Shown: positions 63,240-64,000 of the stretch, piece after piece
Numbering within the stretch: the first letter of the stretch is position 1
Layout: the number at the start of each line of letters is the position of its first letter
Assembly: GCA_951406725.2 (NCBI GenBank)
Contig: OX597814.1
Span: 174,530,001-174,594,000 of the forward strand
Length of the DNA: 64,000 bases
Direction of reading: 5' to 3'
Source: Octopus vulgaris
Lineage: Eukaryota
Notes under the pieces: model-generated
The model's input: only the letters and a program-made list of their open reading frames with translations
Databases searched by the model: none
What the model was told of the DNA's origin: nothing
Made by a program: the position numbers and the translations under genes

Positions 63240-63772
63240 AGGAACATATTTAATAATGTTGTCTGTAGTATGTGCTACATCTAAATAAAAATAACAATAA
63301 AATAAGAAAAGAAGGATAGTTGTAACTGGAATATTTTATATTATAGGTTAGTGGGCTCAGGTATAACCTAAATCTAAATAACTTTATGGTTGTGAAATGG
63401 GCATAAGAAAAAAGTAGTATTTGAGTTATCAAAAATATTGTCCTCCCTGACTTTAGAGTTGGGTGGAAATAACTTTTCAGGAAGTTGTCTGGTAAAAGTT
63501 TTAAATCTTGGTTGAGGTTTTATTTGTTTTAATTTCATTCTTAAATTCATAATGGCAGAATAGTTAGAGCTTCAGACCAAATGCCTTGTAGTATTTAATT
63601 GTGTATCTTTATATTATGAGTTCAAATACTGCTGAGATCAACTTTGACTCTCTTCCTTCTGAGGGTCAGTATTAGATTAATCTAATCAATATCCTCTCTC
63701 CAAATATATGTGGAATTATGTCCAACGTTAGGAATCAATTTTCTTGAATTGTTTAGACAGTTACTATCAGTA

Positions 63773-63844
63773 TTCACTCACTCACTCACTCACTCTCTCT
63801 CTCTCTCTCACTCTCTCGCTCTCACTCTCTCTCTCATACTCACA

Positions 63845-63878
<34 letters not shown>
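63773..63878. repeat. Compound (CACT)n/(CT)n/(CA)n microsatellite
   Basis: Read directly from the sequence. Confidence 0.9.
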
Positions 63879-64000
63879 TATGACACTTGATTTCAAATGA
63901 AGACACTATTTGAAACTTAATAATTCCGCTGAGGTCGATAAAATAAATACCAGCTGAGTACTGAGATCGATGTAATCAACTATCCCCCTCCCCCAAATTT

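Overview
AT-rich animal genomic DNA made almost entirely of transposable elements. The SINE repertoire looks like that of Octopus/cephalopods (inference). No host protein-coding exon is convincingly identifiable, so this is probably a large intron or intergenic DNA. Main content: (1) a near-intact full-length CR1-group LINE on the minus strand (19036-~23743). Its ORF1 has a PHD-like finger and a polyQ repeat; its ORF2 (APE endonuclease + RT) has no AUG and lies in the -1 frame behind a G GGA AAC heptamer. (2) A second, 5'-truncated CR1-group LINE (51507-54580, +) whose 3' hairpin matches the tail of the dominant SINE. (3) RTE fragments, including a 5'-inverted insertion with a 13-bp TSD. (4) Helitron, hAT, mariner and possibly piggyBac remnants, plus MITEs carrying telomere-like TTAGGG repeats. 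(5) At least four SINE families. (6) Short Penelope-like fold-back insertions carrying canonical and variant hammerhead ribozyme cores. (7) A tRNA-Glu pseudogene and a ~920-bp perfect (TATG)n array. The most striking structure is a 1.06-kb palindrome (57701-58760) made of two inverted Gypsy-type LTR copies. Its loop contains nt 38-76 of tRNA-Trp including CCA, with a substitution exactly at position 58. It looks like an integrated fossil of reverse transcription reading through the primer tRNA.
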